Below, in pieces: positions 40,988 to 55,252 of a DNA stretch of 64,000 nt (positions are counted from its first letter, which is position 1; every line of letters starts with the position of its first letter). Location: NCBI RefSeq assembly GCF_002113885.1, contig NW_018406643.1, positions 238,136 through 302,135 of the forward strand, written 5' to 3'. The translations under genes and the position numbers were made by a program. Under the pieces are notes generated by a model. The model was not told the origin of the DNA. It made no database searches and saw only the letters and a program-made list of their open reading frames with translations. The stretch is from Mizuhopecten yessoensis. Taxonomy: Eukaryota.

Positions 40988-42057
40988 TTGATACCCAAGT
41001 CAAACTTTTCTCTTCGAGAAAGATCTGTACAACACGTAGTGCTTGGAATCGGTCAAGGCACTTTTAGGACAAAGATACTTGTTCAAGCAAAAAGAGTAAT
41101 TATTAAATATAAACTTAATTTTTTAAATTTTGGTTTGGTTTTGATGTTTTAATTACCAAACCTGCAGGTGTACTTTTTAAGAATGATTTGAATGTGTCAT
41201 TTATACATCAAGAAGTCTCATGAATATTCATAAATTTAATGAAGTGTTTAAATGTTGTCATCATTCTCTGCACAGAATCGTGTTCTTCAACAAATATTAA
41301 AAATATGGTCATACATCACTGCAATCACAGTTACCAACACGACACGATAAACAGTTTTATTGCGCATTAAATGTCAGAAATGGCAACATTTCTGTAACAT
41401 TTATGGCTTTCATATAAATATAAACAATTTCATAATGTAATACACTGCACATGAATCGGAGAAATTTGAGCATAATTTGTATCTTAAAATTAAGTCATGC
41501 AATATGAAAATATACATATCACTTTCTTATCTACGTTATTACTAATATTATAATTTCATTTGAATCTCAAAACTGACTTTTTCTACCAAAAATTATTTCA
41601 AACAGAAATATGATTATTATAAATCAAAATTGTTGTGCTTTTATGATTAAAAATGTATACACATAGCTGTGAGAGAGTGTTAACAGTATTACTAGCTACA
41701 CAAAAATTTCCTTCAAACAAGGTAATTTATTCCTCTTTAGATTGTCATGGATCAGCCCTAAGTTTTATATTTTAAATTGTTTTGTATCCCTCAACCATTC
41801 CAGAAAGGCTCAATAAAGGTTTTGATTACTTATACATAAATCACATTTCCTTTCAGGATCAACCATTGACCAGTAGTCAATATCATGATAGGACAGCAGC
41901 TGTTTCCTTGGGGTCAAACTATTCCGAGCAAGTGGTCAAGAGGGGTGTCTGACCAATACAATAGTGAAAACTTGTTCCGTGTTTATTGACTCTTTGTGTT
42001 TTCACTCCTCCTCCCACACCCTGACTGATAGATAACCAGTCCACAGTTAGGATCTCT

Positions 42058-42148
42058 TTCACTCGTTTACCCCTGAAGACATATTTGAACTCTTCCAATT
42101 CAAAGGTTTGAATAGTTCATTATGAAATTTCAGGGATGAATGAGTTAA
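42058..42148 (-). mobile_element. TTAA MITE subfamily A
   Basis: 91 bp; reverse orientation of the 44455 copy. Confidence 0.88.
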
Positions 42149-43084
42149 GCCTGGAGTATGGGAATAAAAGGCTTCCATAGGTATACCTCACTCTATGACT
42201 TAGTGACCCTTTGTGTCATAATCATCATACATAAATCTCCATCTCCCAACCACACAATGGAAGGAAAACCCTGTCATTGGCACTTCAGTACAAGACCAGT
42301 GGATGAGTCTGAGTCATATTGCCCCCATATATCCTAAATCCTGCACCTATCACTTCAGTGAAGGGAGAATATCTTACCATAAATCATAAGACTTTTCAAC
42401 CTAGGCCTAAACTCATACCAGGACCACATATCCCCAATATAATACATATCAATATAAACTTTATTTAATTTACAACGATTACGAAACTATGTTTTGTTTT
42501 CTTTATATTGATCACTGCAGGGGGTTTAATATGGGAGGAAACTTCAGTACCGGGAGAAACCCAACATTATCCACTTCCGCCACTTGACAACTCCCCCCCC
42601 CCCCTCCCCCCTGCCCGACATGCCTAATACCCTTTTTATCACTCCATGCTCCCTTTCAATGCCCCTAATCCCCTCTTCCCCGTATGAGGTGAAAACCCAA
42701 GCCCAATTATACCCCTGCTGTCATAATTCCCGACTGTATCTACCAATCCAAGCCCCTCATAGGAAGAGAAGAAAACTCTGCCATAGACATTGATCTTAGT
42801 ATCAGTGGATGTGCTTCAAGGCAATAAATTTTCACATATAATTCTAATCTCCCCCTCTATCTCCAAATATGGACAGCCATTAAAAGGGACCTTTGCATGC
42901 ATTCAAGCCTCTAGGCCATAACTATCCCATATAACCCCAACGCGTCCTGTCACCCTCAATATGGACAGAAAACTGTATAGCCACCGTGGAATGGATGCAC
43001 ACCTTAACCATGATTCTCCTTATAATTCTCCTTCCTACATATCCCTATACCCCCCCCCTCACCTTTACAAAGTAAGGGAAGAAA

Positions 43085-43605
43085 ATCATGTCATGGGTAG
43101 CATTACCTAATTCTATAATAGGCTCTCAATTGTGCCTCTTCCATATATCCTAAATCCCTACCTCATCCCACAAGTATGGGAATAGAGTCTAGTCATAGTT
43201 GATGTTGCCTAATAATGCTATAAAAGAATTATTACCTAGTAGTATTACCTAAACTCTAGTTATGCCTCTTACATATATCCTAAATCCCCACCTCATCCCA
43301 CAAGTATGGGAATAGAATCTTGTCATAGGTGATGTTATACCTAATATTAATGCTATAAAAGAATTATTACCTAGTAGTATTACCTTAACTCTAGTTATGC
43401 CTCTTACATATATCCTAAATCCCCACCTCATCCCACAAGTATGGGAATAGAATCTTGTCATAGGTGATGTTACCTAATATTAATGCTATAAAAGAATTAT
43501 TACCTAGTAGTATTACCTAAACTCTAGTTATGCCTCTTACTATATATCCTAAATCCCTACCTCATCCCACACATACGGGAAGAGAATCCTGTCATAGGTA
43601 ATTAC
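43085..43605. repeat. Tandem repeat, 130-135-bp unit, about 4 copies, inside a degenerate related region (42150-43760)
   Basis: ATATATCCTAAATCC at 43143, 43273, 43408 and 43542. Confidence 0.92.
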
Positions 43606-44454
43606 ACTACAATAGATGTTCATCCCCATATATCCCCAATCCATACCCTCTCATCCACAATATGGACAGGAATCCATACCATTGATATTTAAATACATAA
43701 CAAAACTGAATCACTACAGAATATCTGGGTTATAAATCCTCCAATGTCTCCTTCATGTAGGGATGAAACCCTCAGTCAGGTGTCTCACTGGTCAGACCAG
43801 TATTGAACCAGTAGATTTATGTCCCTGTGTGTGATCCAGAGTAGCATGTGATTCAGTCCCCATCGATTGACCACCACAGGGTGATTATGGGCCGGAGATC
43901 CAGGTAGATGTCACCACTACTGTTTAAATACTACTGGGACAGCCATCATTGCTTCTGTGCTACTGTGAAAATAATATAAAGAGGAGGAGGGGGCTTCTGA
44001 GAATCACTGGCCATCACTGCTATTGTGTAAATAAACACTATTGGGACCCAGGAACACTAGCCAGTACTGCTATTTTTATTTATAAGCCCTGAGGGTGGGC
44101 TGAGGAACAGAGAATGTCACTGCATCTGTGTAAATACTCAAGGGGTGGGTGGGGGAGGGGTCAACCAAGGAACTCTAGCAATCGATCACCACACCATTTA
44201 TAGCAGAGTGCATATAATACTGAACAGATTGTATTGTGTATATTATTATGTTAAGCCATGCAAAAATCTATCTCAATTTTTGGTTAAATGATGAAAATTA
44301 ATTCCAAAATACTGTAAAATTGGTAATTTTCATGGTGTGAAAATGCTAACATTTATCGCAGTGAGAAAATTAGTGTGAAAATATCCATTCGCGAGTACTT
44401 AAAGATTTCGAGACCACTAGTTACCAATATAAAAATTTCCACACTCTGATCAGT

Positions 44455-44545
44455 TTAACTCATTCACCCCTGAAATTTCATAATGGACTATTCCAACCTT
44501 TGCATTTGAAGAGTTCAAATGTGTCTTCAGGGGTGAATGAGTTAA
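44455..44545 (+). mobile_element. TTAA MITE subfamily A (perfect TIRs)
   Basis: TTAACTCATTCACCCCTGAA...TTCAGGGGTGAATGAGTTAA. Confidence 0.92.
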
Positions 44546-46754
44546 AGAGTCATGCTGAAAACATTTTTCCAAATGTGTGTCCTTACCCTAACAGCAACTG
44601 GGATAATTAAATGGTTGATGCTTGTTGATTCATGATACAATTAGGCCGGGTCACATTGATTCTTTACAAAAAACTTATAATCTACCCATCAGTCTGGTAG
44701 GTTTGTCTTTGTATTGAATGTATATGTCACATTGTTCTCCTAGACACGAATCAGATGTGTGACCAGATACATAATTCTTCATCAACAAACATAAAAGTCT
44801 CATTAAAGTTTCATATCCAAGTAGTATATTCCATGGCATGTCCTGTTAAAATATTGTAGAATAAAAAATTAGAACAACAAAATATATGTCATAAATGTTT
44901 TTTAAAAGTCATAAAAGTTTAATGTTTATCTGGAAATTAGTCAACGTTTTAATTGTATCATAAACCTCTTATAGAATAGAAACTTGTGTCTAGTTGTAAA
45001 CTCATAATTTATCATGAATATTTCCCTGCCACTATAACACCATGTGAACCAATGCCTGGATTAGGGACTAGTTTATGTGGAATAACACCAACAGCCGATT
45101 TGTAGCTGTCGACATTACAATACAGTGATGGGATACATATGGAACCCAGAGCCAATTCAGTCATTAGCTAGTACACTCTGATAGTAACCAAGGATTCCTG
45201 GAGCAGATTAAAAGAAACAGGAAGATATGGGGGAAATATAAACATGTACAGTTAGTTTATAAGTCAGCAAAACAAAACCGAAGATGAAAGAATCTTCCAT
45301 CCTTTCCCACTTGTAATACTTTTGGTTAATGGCTTATTATTAACAGAGCTCATGTTTTTTATCCAGTTATTGGTTTATAAATTATCTCGATCTTAATATT
45401 ATTCTGCGTATAATTCACTAGGTTATACACTGAAGATTCGTTCTATGTGATTAAAGACTAGCTAGTCTACATGTTCAAGAACACTTACGGGAAACAGTCT
45501 GAAGATATGCAAGACGAAAGGAACCGACGTTAAAAATTGAAATTTTACAGACACGAATACTTAATGTTAAATCAGTTATAAAGATTTCCTGCAATGCCCC
45601 AGAGCAAGCTTTATGTTTCTCTCCACAATGCCTCATAGGTACTCTTAAGTTTCTGTTCCAAAATATGTAAATTATGTAAATTGTTCCTCCATAAAATGCA
45701 AGAGATCTGTCAGAGCATCCCTCGGGTTAGAATATCAACTTGCCTCATTTAAATATCAAACAGCTGGGAAAGCTATAATTATGCATTAAAAACTGATATT
45801 GTGTTAACAATATGTTGAGGTTAAACAGATTTTTTCTCGAATATATACATTTATGTATGTCAAAAAACCCCACTGTTTTTGGTCTTCTTGTTAATATTAG
45901 TGACATTGCTGGATTTAAGTGATAAAAATATTCACAACCATAGAATTTCATCAATTTCATACCATTTCAATGGAAATAATTTCCATCCTTCAAAATATTT
46001 TTTCACATTTAACAGTTTTTCCCTTAAACTACCTTTGTTCAATCAGATTTATTCGTTTGACAACCCCGGAAAGTTCAACACACAGACAATTCTAAGTTTG
46101 CTGGATTTTGAATTTTGTTACCTAAATACACATTTACATATCCCTGACGATTTGCATTTAAAAATTAAACAATGGCACACATGGTGAATAATGCAGGTGT
46201 TTATCTCTTCATAAATATCAGGCCACATTCACATGCTACCATATTAGAATATTACCGCCATCGTGCGTACATAATTTGCATACTAAACTGCATTTAATGG
46301 AAAACTCTCTTCACAGCCATATGCCAATTTTGCATCAATATCATGAAAAGTATAATAATTATTCATGTCGTCCAACTGTCAAAATACCATCCTTTGTGAA
46401 AATTATTGGAATTTCATTTACCAACAAATGAAGAATATAATAGTTATATTACCTATGATAACCTCAGAAAATCAAGTCTTAAGAATTCAGGTAAAATTAT
46501 TTCTACTCTTAATATGTTAATAATTATGAACAATTGAGAGATTGAGTCTTTAGAATTAAATTCAGTTGTTCTGTAGAATATATTACTGTAATGAACAACA
46601 GAACTAAAAAAATTGTAATAAGCAAAATCTGTTACAGAGTTCAATATTCCTGCTGCAATGATTCCTGAGGGAAAAACAATTTCGCCATAAGCAAAAGTTT
46701 GAAGTATTTAACACAATACATCTCCAGCACACACACTTGCATACACACATAGGG

Positions 46755-46961
46755 AGATGTAAGCCAGGTGGCATAGGACTAGTAGTTAGCGCCTGATATG
46801 GCAGCTCCTGCGAATTCCTCAATATTGTATTAATTAATATATATGCTAATTGTATTGACTGCATAAAATTGTATATCTATGTACTGTAAAGCGCTTTAGA
46901 GTGGCTTATGTTAGCTAGATAGGGCGCTATATCAAATGTTGTATATTTATTTATTTATTTT
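46755..46961 (+). mobile_element. 3' part of a SINE/LINE with an L2-type tail (possibly a Deu/Nin-domain SINE)
   Basis: TGTAAAGCGCTTTAGAG...GGCGCTATATCAAAT followed by (ATTT)n. Confidence 0.6.
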
Positions 46962-46980
46962 AATTTTAAAGTAACTAGGT

Positions 46981-47210
46981 GGCTGAGTGGCGTTGTGGAT
47001 AACGTACTCGCCTATCATCTAGACGGCCTGGGCTGGATTCCCTGTCGGAGGGGAGAAAGTATTGGGTTATACGCCCAACCACTTGAGTTTTCTCCAGGTC
47101 CTCAAGTTTTCCTCTCACATGAAGTCCCTCGATCTACACACTTAATTTCATCCAGGCCAACAAGATTGATCAAGTTGGAATAACATGTTTCATAATTGTT
47201 GTAAAATACT
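46981..47210 (+). mobile_element. V-domain tRNA SINE, family 1 (diverged)
   Basis: Colinear with the 40759 copy (GGCCAACAAGA...TAATTGTTGT). Confidence 0.8.
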
Positions 47211-48777
47211 TAAGAGTTCATATTTTTCAACTAGTATACCTTTTTTCACTGCACCAACTTATTTCTAAAAGCAAAATCTTTATTTGTGCAAACAAAGTTA
47301 CTGTAAACCTCATATGTAAAATATGTAAAAAAAAAATAGATTAAATTAAATCAAAGCTTAGCTTATGTCTGATATAAAATGCAACATAGTATTCTCTTCA
47401 ATGGCTGAAGGTCAATTCGTGGCCAGAAAATAAGAATGCAATTTGTCCTGACAAATTGATTTTACTCGAAAGTTATCACAACAATACAGGGTATATCACT
47501 ATATGATGTATTTTATATATTAATAATACGAACGATTTAATGGAATGAGATAATACATATTTCCACAAAAAATTATTCTTACATGCATGAATGAATAAAT
47601 ATGAAACGTTTGTCGTTACATGTTACAGATGACACTCATAGATAAATATGTTTTGTACACGATTTACGAAAGCTGGTAACATACTGTGTCCCTTTACAAG
47701 CCCTAAAGCTGGAACACCAATAAACACAAATATCTTTAACACAGAAACACTGATACAACCAACAGGTAAGCATTATATATACCTTTAAAATGTTTCACTT
47801 GAAAAATAATATCTTGATATTTTCTTTTAAAGTTAATAAGTATGTTCAGTGATCTGAACGGGAAGTCATACATATATATATATACAAATCAGAGCAGAAC
47901 AGGTGATATTTAAAGGGTTTAAATGCTGGTCGTTTGAGGACAGCCGTCGTGTTTGTCCCGAAGATAGGATGTACTATCCATACCCTGTTGAGATTCTCTT
48001 TTCATACCCGGGTGTCTCCCTGTGCTGAATAGGCTCTTTTATTCCAGTCTAAAAGCATTTTATGATTAAAAGCAAAATTCCATTAATTGAAACAGCATGT
48101 GCTCTATCTGCATGAGTGACAATCGGCCGTCTATAATATATTTGTATTAAAATTAAGAATGACCCAACTACCTACCCACAGAGCTGGGGATTTGTGTATA
48201 GAAGTGTGTGACGGGGTACCAACAGTACAAAGACCCCTCAATCAGCCAGGAATGTATACAAGGAGCTCCGTGGAACCAATATATACCTGAAGTCCTAAAC
48301 CAGGAAAACATTCAAGGCCGTCCATGAAATTATTTGTTTGCATTGCACCTATAAACCCATTATAAAGTTTTCCTACTCAAGTTAAGCTATATAGCCCTAT
48401 CTGACAGGATATCTAATCATATATTCAATATGATATCTCAATAAAAAATTATTATTCAATGCATTTTACCCTTTACCGCTATTTATCCCTCCTGTTGAAA
48501 TAAAATTCACCAGAAGAAATAATAACCTTTAATGTACTGACTTACCCAAGTTCATAATAGCCACTTGGTGCATTATTACTTTCATTAACATCGCAATGGA
48601 GATATCAACAGTGATGGCAATACCATGAAAGAACATAAGAAAACAAACTATAATGATATATATGTACACTTGATCTGTTTCCAATAACATCCCATAAAAT
48701 GGTCACTTAGTTGTTGTCTACTTTCTTTCCTCTTTTACAAATTTAAATACATATTGTCTCATAAAATAAGCATTACC

Positions 48778-49255
48778 AACCAATTAGGAGCAGTCCTTAG
48801 TCCCCCATCCTCTCAACAATCTTCAGAAATTAACTTACAGACAAAACTCTGTATATAGAGGAGTACAAGGTTTGATTTGAGTATGTGACACATAAACATC
48901 ATAAAAGGTAACTCAAATACAAAAATTTGCAATTCTAGATGACAGCGTTTTATGATATATGCCTTGGACAAAGTAATGCAACCTGAACAAAGGGCCATAA
49001 CTCTGTATATTGTGGAGTACAAGACCGGATTTCTGTTTGCGACACTGTCCTCAAACAAAGAGGTACTCACATGATACAAATATGGCAATTTTAGGTGACA
49101 AATTATACAAGATATAGCCTGCACAAACTAACACACAGACAGACAGACTGAATTTCGAAAGATGAATTAACTGATTGACGGACATAGTTCAAAGCCATAT
49201 ATACATATATATATATATATAGTCCCCTGATAGTACAAACGGGAGTTTTATAAGT
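48778..49255. mobile_element. Degraded HINE-like element
   Basis: subTIR TAGTCCCC at both ends, AAGGGCCATAACTC core motif, (CAGA)n/GACGGAC microsatellite. Confidence 0.6.
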
Positions 49256-50805
49256 GGAGTCCTGTGTTACTTGTGTGAAGTGATCTACAGTGTGGACGAT
49301 TTTGATTATACCTTAGATAATGATTAAACTGCAGCACTCAATTTTGTGAAATTCAAATCCAATACTGTAGATAATTTGTTTTAACACTACATCTGCTGAT
49401 AATCAGTAGATTATCTATATATATATATACACCTAATCTGGAGCTAGCACCTGAAACAAGCACATGCTATGATAAATATCTCATCCTGATATAATTTGAC
49501 AACTTCTTAATCAACTGCTAACTAGTATCAACAAACAAATCGACCATGCAGCTTCAAAAACTTTGAAATTTATACCATTTCAGATTAACCACATTTTTAT
49601 CAAAATCAAAGTCAATATTGAGTTACAAACAAACTAACTTTTCTTTACCCCATTAATGCAAAACCCGACACTTTAATTTGAATAATTACGTCAACGACTT
49701 CTTCAGTTTTCAAAGTGAAGGCCACTTTGTTGGAACAACTTTGCACAAAAACCATTGATAAGATCTTTGTCAACAAAAAAAGCTTAGCATGGACTTCTCA
49801 TCTTCAATAGGAATAGAGTCCACGGTCATTACAAGTACAAGTGGGTGATTCTTGTTTGAATGGTCATTTGCAATGTACACAAGCAGACACCAACCAGGAT
49901 CTATGTGACAGAACTCGATACAGGGTTCTTTTGTTTGCCTCGTACCTGTCTATATACGAAGGTCTACACTGAAAGCAGGATATTTGTCAATTAAACACCG
50001 GAGAGACAGTTCAAACATTTATACTAAAAGTCTGAAAACCTGAGAATAAACGTTAAATAGAATTTTCATTATGCTGCAATTAAACAGTCCCCAAATTACC
50101 CTGCCAGTTTATGTACATGGGCTGACCTAGATTTGTCAAGTGGTATAGTGACTAGGGTCCAGCTATGTACAGACAGCTGCTATTTCAATACGAATTTCTT
50201 TTTTCAAATTTACACCCAATATTTCTAAATTGAATTAAAATTGATATCATTGGACTCTTGTGCTTGGGTGGGCAGAGGAATTTTGACAAAAGATCTTCCT
50301 AGAATAATGTTAGAAGTTTTATTTTCTAGACAATGAGACTATTAAGTAAAATTAGCTGCAGAGAGAAGAAGAGCTCTAAGAAATAATGATCCGTCAATCT
50401 TTAACCGTAACACATATCCAACATGAACAAATCGAAGAAACCTGCTTCTACTACAAACACCCTCCACAGTACCCCCCCCCCCCCACCCCCCCCCCCCCCC
50501 CCAACCTAACAACAACCTGCCTCCACTGAATTAAGTCAACCTGCTACCAATTCATAACTTTTATGTACATCAAATGTAAATATGTGAGTTTTTGAATGTG
50601 TGTGCAAATGTTTTAGAAAGAAATTAACATTTGTTCGAGATATTTCAAACACAATTATATTAAATTCTCATTATTATACAAGCACTACCTGAAATATACT
50701 CCCAATACATTATAAGAATCAAAGCATTTCACAACTGATAGCTAGTCACTAGATCTATACACAGTAAATAAAATGTCTTTATTTAAACATGTACAGGAAA
50801 TGAAA

Positions 50806-51012
50806 GTTTGGTTTGGATCGTTTGTGCTTTACGTCCTATTAACAGCCATATGGTCATATAAGGACGACACAGTTCTGGTGGTGGAGGAAAACTGGAGCAC
50901 CCAGAGAAAAACCTTCAATCTGCTGCCAATACCTGGCGACTGCCTTGCGTAGGCCTCGAACCCTCCACCAAATGGTAAAGAGCTGGTGATCAAAGATGGT
51001 CAGACACCTTAA
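50806..51012 (-). mobile_element. V-domain tRNA SINE, family 2, 5'-truncated
   Basis: Colinear with the 16717 copy (TTTACGTCCTATTAACAGC...GGTGGTGGAGGAAAACTGG...ATGGTCAGACACCTTA). Confidence 0.82.
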
Positions 51013-53487
51013 TAGGAAAAGAATTTAATGCAATAGATTTGATGAAATAAATTGGATTGCAAGACAGTCACCACTGATTAAAAGATGAATCGGATAGAAA
51101 TTATCCTACACATGACCCTTTTTTATTTTTTTTATATTCTGTGCTTTGAAAAAAGATCTTCAATGCTTGCATTAGAGTGAAATGAAACTCTCATGGTGGA
51201 AATTAATGTAAGATTTTTGCAGCGAGACCTTGGAGTCGTGAATTCCTAAAATGTTGTACAAATCACCACCAGTCAGTTCTATCCGTATTAGATTCCAGTC
51301 TCATTATACCCTTGTCTGTGTCTAGTAATCAAACGAACCCAATGTTCATTATCTTTGTGGGATCGATGGCGACGGGCCGTTTATAGTTATATCTCCAAAC
51401 AATTTTAGATCTGCATAAAAAATGTATTCTTATTGAAGCATATATATATTGAATGTCGAGATCAAATGATTGACATTTTTCACCAAAGACCATCCCAGTC
51501 CAAGATCCAATTATTGTAAGTCCATGCTGCAGTGATGTCTAGGTTGATCCAGTATACACAGTGACGCCATACATGAGACAAATCTCTCAGCCCCACCTCA
51601 TGAGACTTAGGTTTAAACTAATTTTGTGTCTTTAAATATTAACTATTACAAAGGTTACTTAATGTATCTAAGAAATTAAATCCCATTTTCAAGCACCATA
51701 CTGTGAAAGTCTTTTATAAATGACCATATTACTAAAATAATTGATTTTTTTCTGACTTTTTTAATGCAAATAAAAATATTCACGTTGCTAACTATGAATT
51801 TACATGGCAAAGGTTTAGACAAGTGTGTTCAACTCATTGTTATTTACAAAATGGCAATAAAAGTATACGTAAACATTCATTTATCAGAATCAATAACGAA
51901 TCAATTACTATATTTTTCATGTTCTTTAGTGAAGATTTCTTCAAAATCAACCAAGAAATGGCACTACAATTGTACAACAATTATTTTAAAAAGTTGAAAT
52001 TTACTTCCAATATATTATTTCCTTCCCAAACACATTTATAGCAAATGTCTGTAATACATCTGAGGAAGAGTGAACATGGCTACACAAGAGATTTTAAACT
52101 TCACAAGCAACTAAACAAATTGAGCAAAACCAGAAAACACGCTAAATAAGTATTACCCTTTCAATTTTATGTAACTTTTCTATATAACAGTCTATTTAAA
52201 GCAACGAAAATGTCTTAGTTTTGCTCGTATAATTGTCTTATAAAAAGGTAGTGAATTATAATTTCTTCCAGACAAATGGCTTGATAAAGAAGAGATAGAA
52301 GTCTGCGGTGACGTGCAGTGACATGCGACACCATGTAAGGTTGTTTACTCTTTCTGTGTTTTAGGCTTCAACACCGATTGCTATCTGTGTGAAATGTGCA
52401 TTAGTCAAACTTGACTGCCGCAGGACCATGTCAGGGGTATCAACATTACTCTGTATTTTTATGTTTTAAATTTGTTTTAAGGAAGTCAAGTGTAAGTCAA
52501 GATGAACAACTACCAACTACAGTATTACATATACATATCCTTTTTTTTTTGAAATAATCTTTATAAGTTTATATACTGTATACCTTGAATGTTTACAGCA
52601 GTTTAATTTCATCATTTTCACCCTCCTCAATGAGGACCAATTTATCACGACAGCAAATATTAAAGCCCAATAAACAATATAATTCTGTAGTAAGCATATA
52701 TGTGAAGGGCGAAATTTATATTGGACGAATACAGATTTCACAGTGAAAGGTGAATATTTGAACTGGTGAAAGTTTCCCAGTATGCAGTATTTAATTTCAC
52801 ATAAATGATTTTTATGCGTAGGTGATAATCAAAGAGTGAATTGCTAAATTGCATGCACTAACAATCATACAATTTATGTTAAGTTTGAGCTGTAAAACAC
52901 TTCCCATAAAATTTGTTCTATAACTACCATCACTTGGTGCATTCACCAAAACAGGCATACAATGTACATGTGTATATATATATATATATATATACCTACT
53001 GTTAGTAAGTTGTCCCATAAACAAATTGTTATCATTTATCTATATACTTTTCCATGTGGATCATTCCTAAATTCCAATAAACAGATTTACTGTTCATAAA
53101 ACTCAATTACTTAATAAGAATGGTTATTTTCAGCATCACAAAGGTAGTGAAACCAAACAATTTTCAAAGACAAAAAATATGACATCATCAAGATCTGCTT
53201 CATTGAAGGTGAGTTTTCTTAAAAAAGGGAAAATGCTTCAATTTTGCCCCGAATGATTTTATCTTTGTACCTGAAAATGAATATAACAAGTATTAGGCTT
53301 GTATTCATGTTTGTAGATTCAGGTACTTGACCCTACCTTCAAGATTTACTTCCATATTTATGATACTTGCAGACTGCAAGGGTCTACACATAAATTTGTT
53401 GTGCACTTGCAAAGTTTTGTTTTGATTTAGCAAGTTTAATCTTAACCTACTTATCAAATGGTGTACCTACAGATTAATTAAAGTGTA

Positions 53488-53573
53488 TTAACCCTTTCAC
53501 CCCTATGTAATTTTAGTAGACTCTATCATGCATTGATCTTGACGAGTCCATTATGGTCTACAGTAGTAAAAAG
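53488..53573 (+). mobile_element. TTAA MITE subfamily C, right end degenerate
   Basis: Matches the 33578 copy. Confidence 0.8.
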
Positions 53574-53638
53574 ATGCTGTATTTTAATGGATACACAATA
53601 ATACTGCAAACATGCTTTCCATCAAATAAATCTTGCAT

Positions 53639-53729
53639 TTAACTCATTCACCCCTAAAGACACATTTGAACCCTTCCAATTCAAAGGTTGGAAAAGTTCA
53701 TGATGAAATTTCAGGGGTGAATGAGTAAA
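53639..53729 (-). mobile_element. TTAA MITE subfamily A
   Basis: 91 bp with TIRs. Confidence 0.9.
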
Positions 53730-54728
53730 GAAAATTGATACACCCCCAAGGTTACTAATTAACTTTTCAATCTTTTGTGTGAATCATCTATTTACAAAAT
53801 TTAAATTTAAGCTAGCTTAATAGAATTTTTTACGGTTTTCCTATTTTCCTTTCAAGTTAAAATTTGTGGCAATACACATCCATTTTTATCCTGCATACTA
53901 CAAGCCCCAAGGGCTTTGTAATAAACTTTAAAAGGTTAATTATTAACTTATATATCAAAGAATAATTCAGTTCGAAAATAAAAGGTGTATTTTGGAATCA
54001 GCAACAACTAGAGCATAAAATTGTAAATAATTCAAAACTTAATTTGTAAATTTATTTAGATTATCGCAAATACAGGCATCGTGGTATGATTTAAAGTCTG
54101 TTGTTGATTTCTTAAGAGATAAATATCAATTAGCTTATGAGAGATCTGTGTGTAGTTACTTTTATAAAAAGTAACTGACAACACTGGTTTATCAGTCACT
54201 GACCTTAGGTTGACACACGGTCACCTCAAGAACAACCAACAACATGGTGTACATGATATGCTCCTTCTTTTCACAATTATCTTATTTCAAATCACCCTTC
54301 TGCCGTTGATAATCCCGATTCAACATGGGCCAAAACAAGACATGATAGATCCTGATAGATCTAGATCTATGTCAGAAGTACACAGTTGAAAAATTATGGA
54401 TCCAGGACGAGGGTGGACATGGGGGGTTAGCAGGGGCTTCAGAGGGGGTTCAGTCTTGACAATTAACAATCCCCATATATGCATCCAACCAATTGTCTTT
54501 AGTATGTACCTTTTAATTCCCTCCAGACCACAAGGGATTAAAAAAAAGTTAAAGTTGTGAGTATTCAATACAAACAAGGCAGTATATTTTATCACAACTT
54601 TATTTCCATTCTTCTAATTTTTTCATGAAACTATCCAGTGAATTATCTGTAGTAGGAAGATATTTGTACGGACTTCGAATCTGGCTACAAATAAAAACCC
54701 AGAGAGCAGTCTCCAGACACACATCGGA

Positions 54729-54785
54729 GGCATGTCCTCAATGACCTTAGCTGTTAATAGGACGTTAAACAAAATAAAACCAAAC
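54729..54785 (+). mobile_element. SINE family 2 tail fragment
   Basis: ATGACCTTAGCTGTTAATAGGACGTTAAACAAAATAAAACCAAAC. Confidence 0.7.
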
Positions 54786-54805
54786 TATATTCATGTAGAC
54801 TCACA

Positions 54806-55252
54806 ACTAAACTTTGTACATCTCTGTATATCATTGTGATTCAAAAGTGATAAAACGTAAATAACAAGTTTCACTACTGAACTTTGTACATCCTCTCTGT
54901 ATTTTTTCATTGTGATTCAAAAGTGATAAAACGTAAATAAAAAAGTTCATCAAAATTGATTGGTGCCGGGCCGCCATTCCGTGCAGCTTATTTTATGTAT
55001 GATGAAAAACAAGATGCCTCTATTTTTGTTTTATATAGTCAACATTACCATGATAAATAAAAAGTTTCACTACTGAACTTTGTACATCCTCTCAGTATTT
55101 TTTCATTGTGATTCAAAAGTGATAAAACGTAAATAAAAAAGTTCATCAAAATTGAGTGGTGCCGGGCCGCCATTCCGTGCAGCTTATTATATGTATGATG
55201 AAAAACAAGATGCCTCTATTTTTGTTTTATATAGTCAAACATTACCATGATA
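54806..55252. repeat. Near-identical tandem duplication (196-bp period) preceded by a ~70-bp partial unit
   Basis: AAGTTTCACTACTGAACTTTGTACATCC at 54866 and 55062. Confidence 0.92.
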
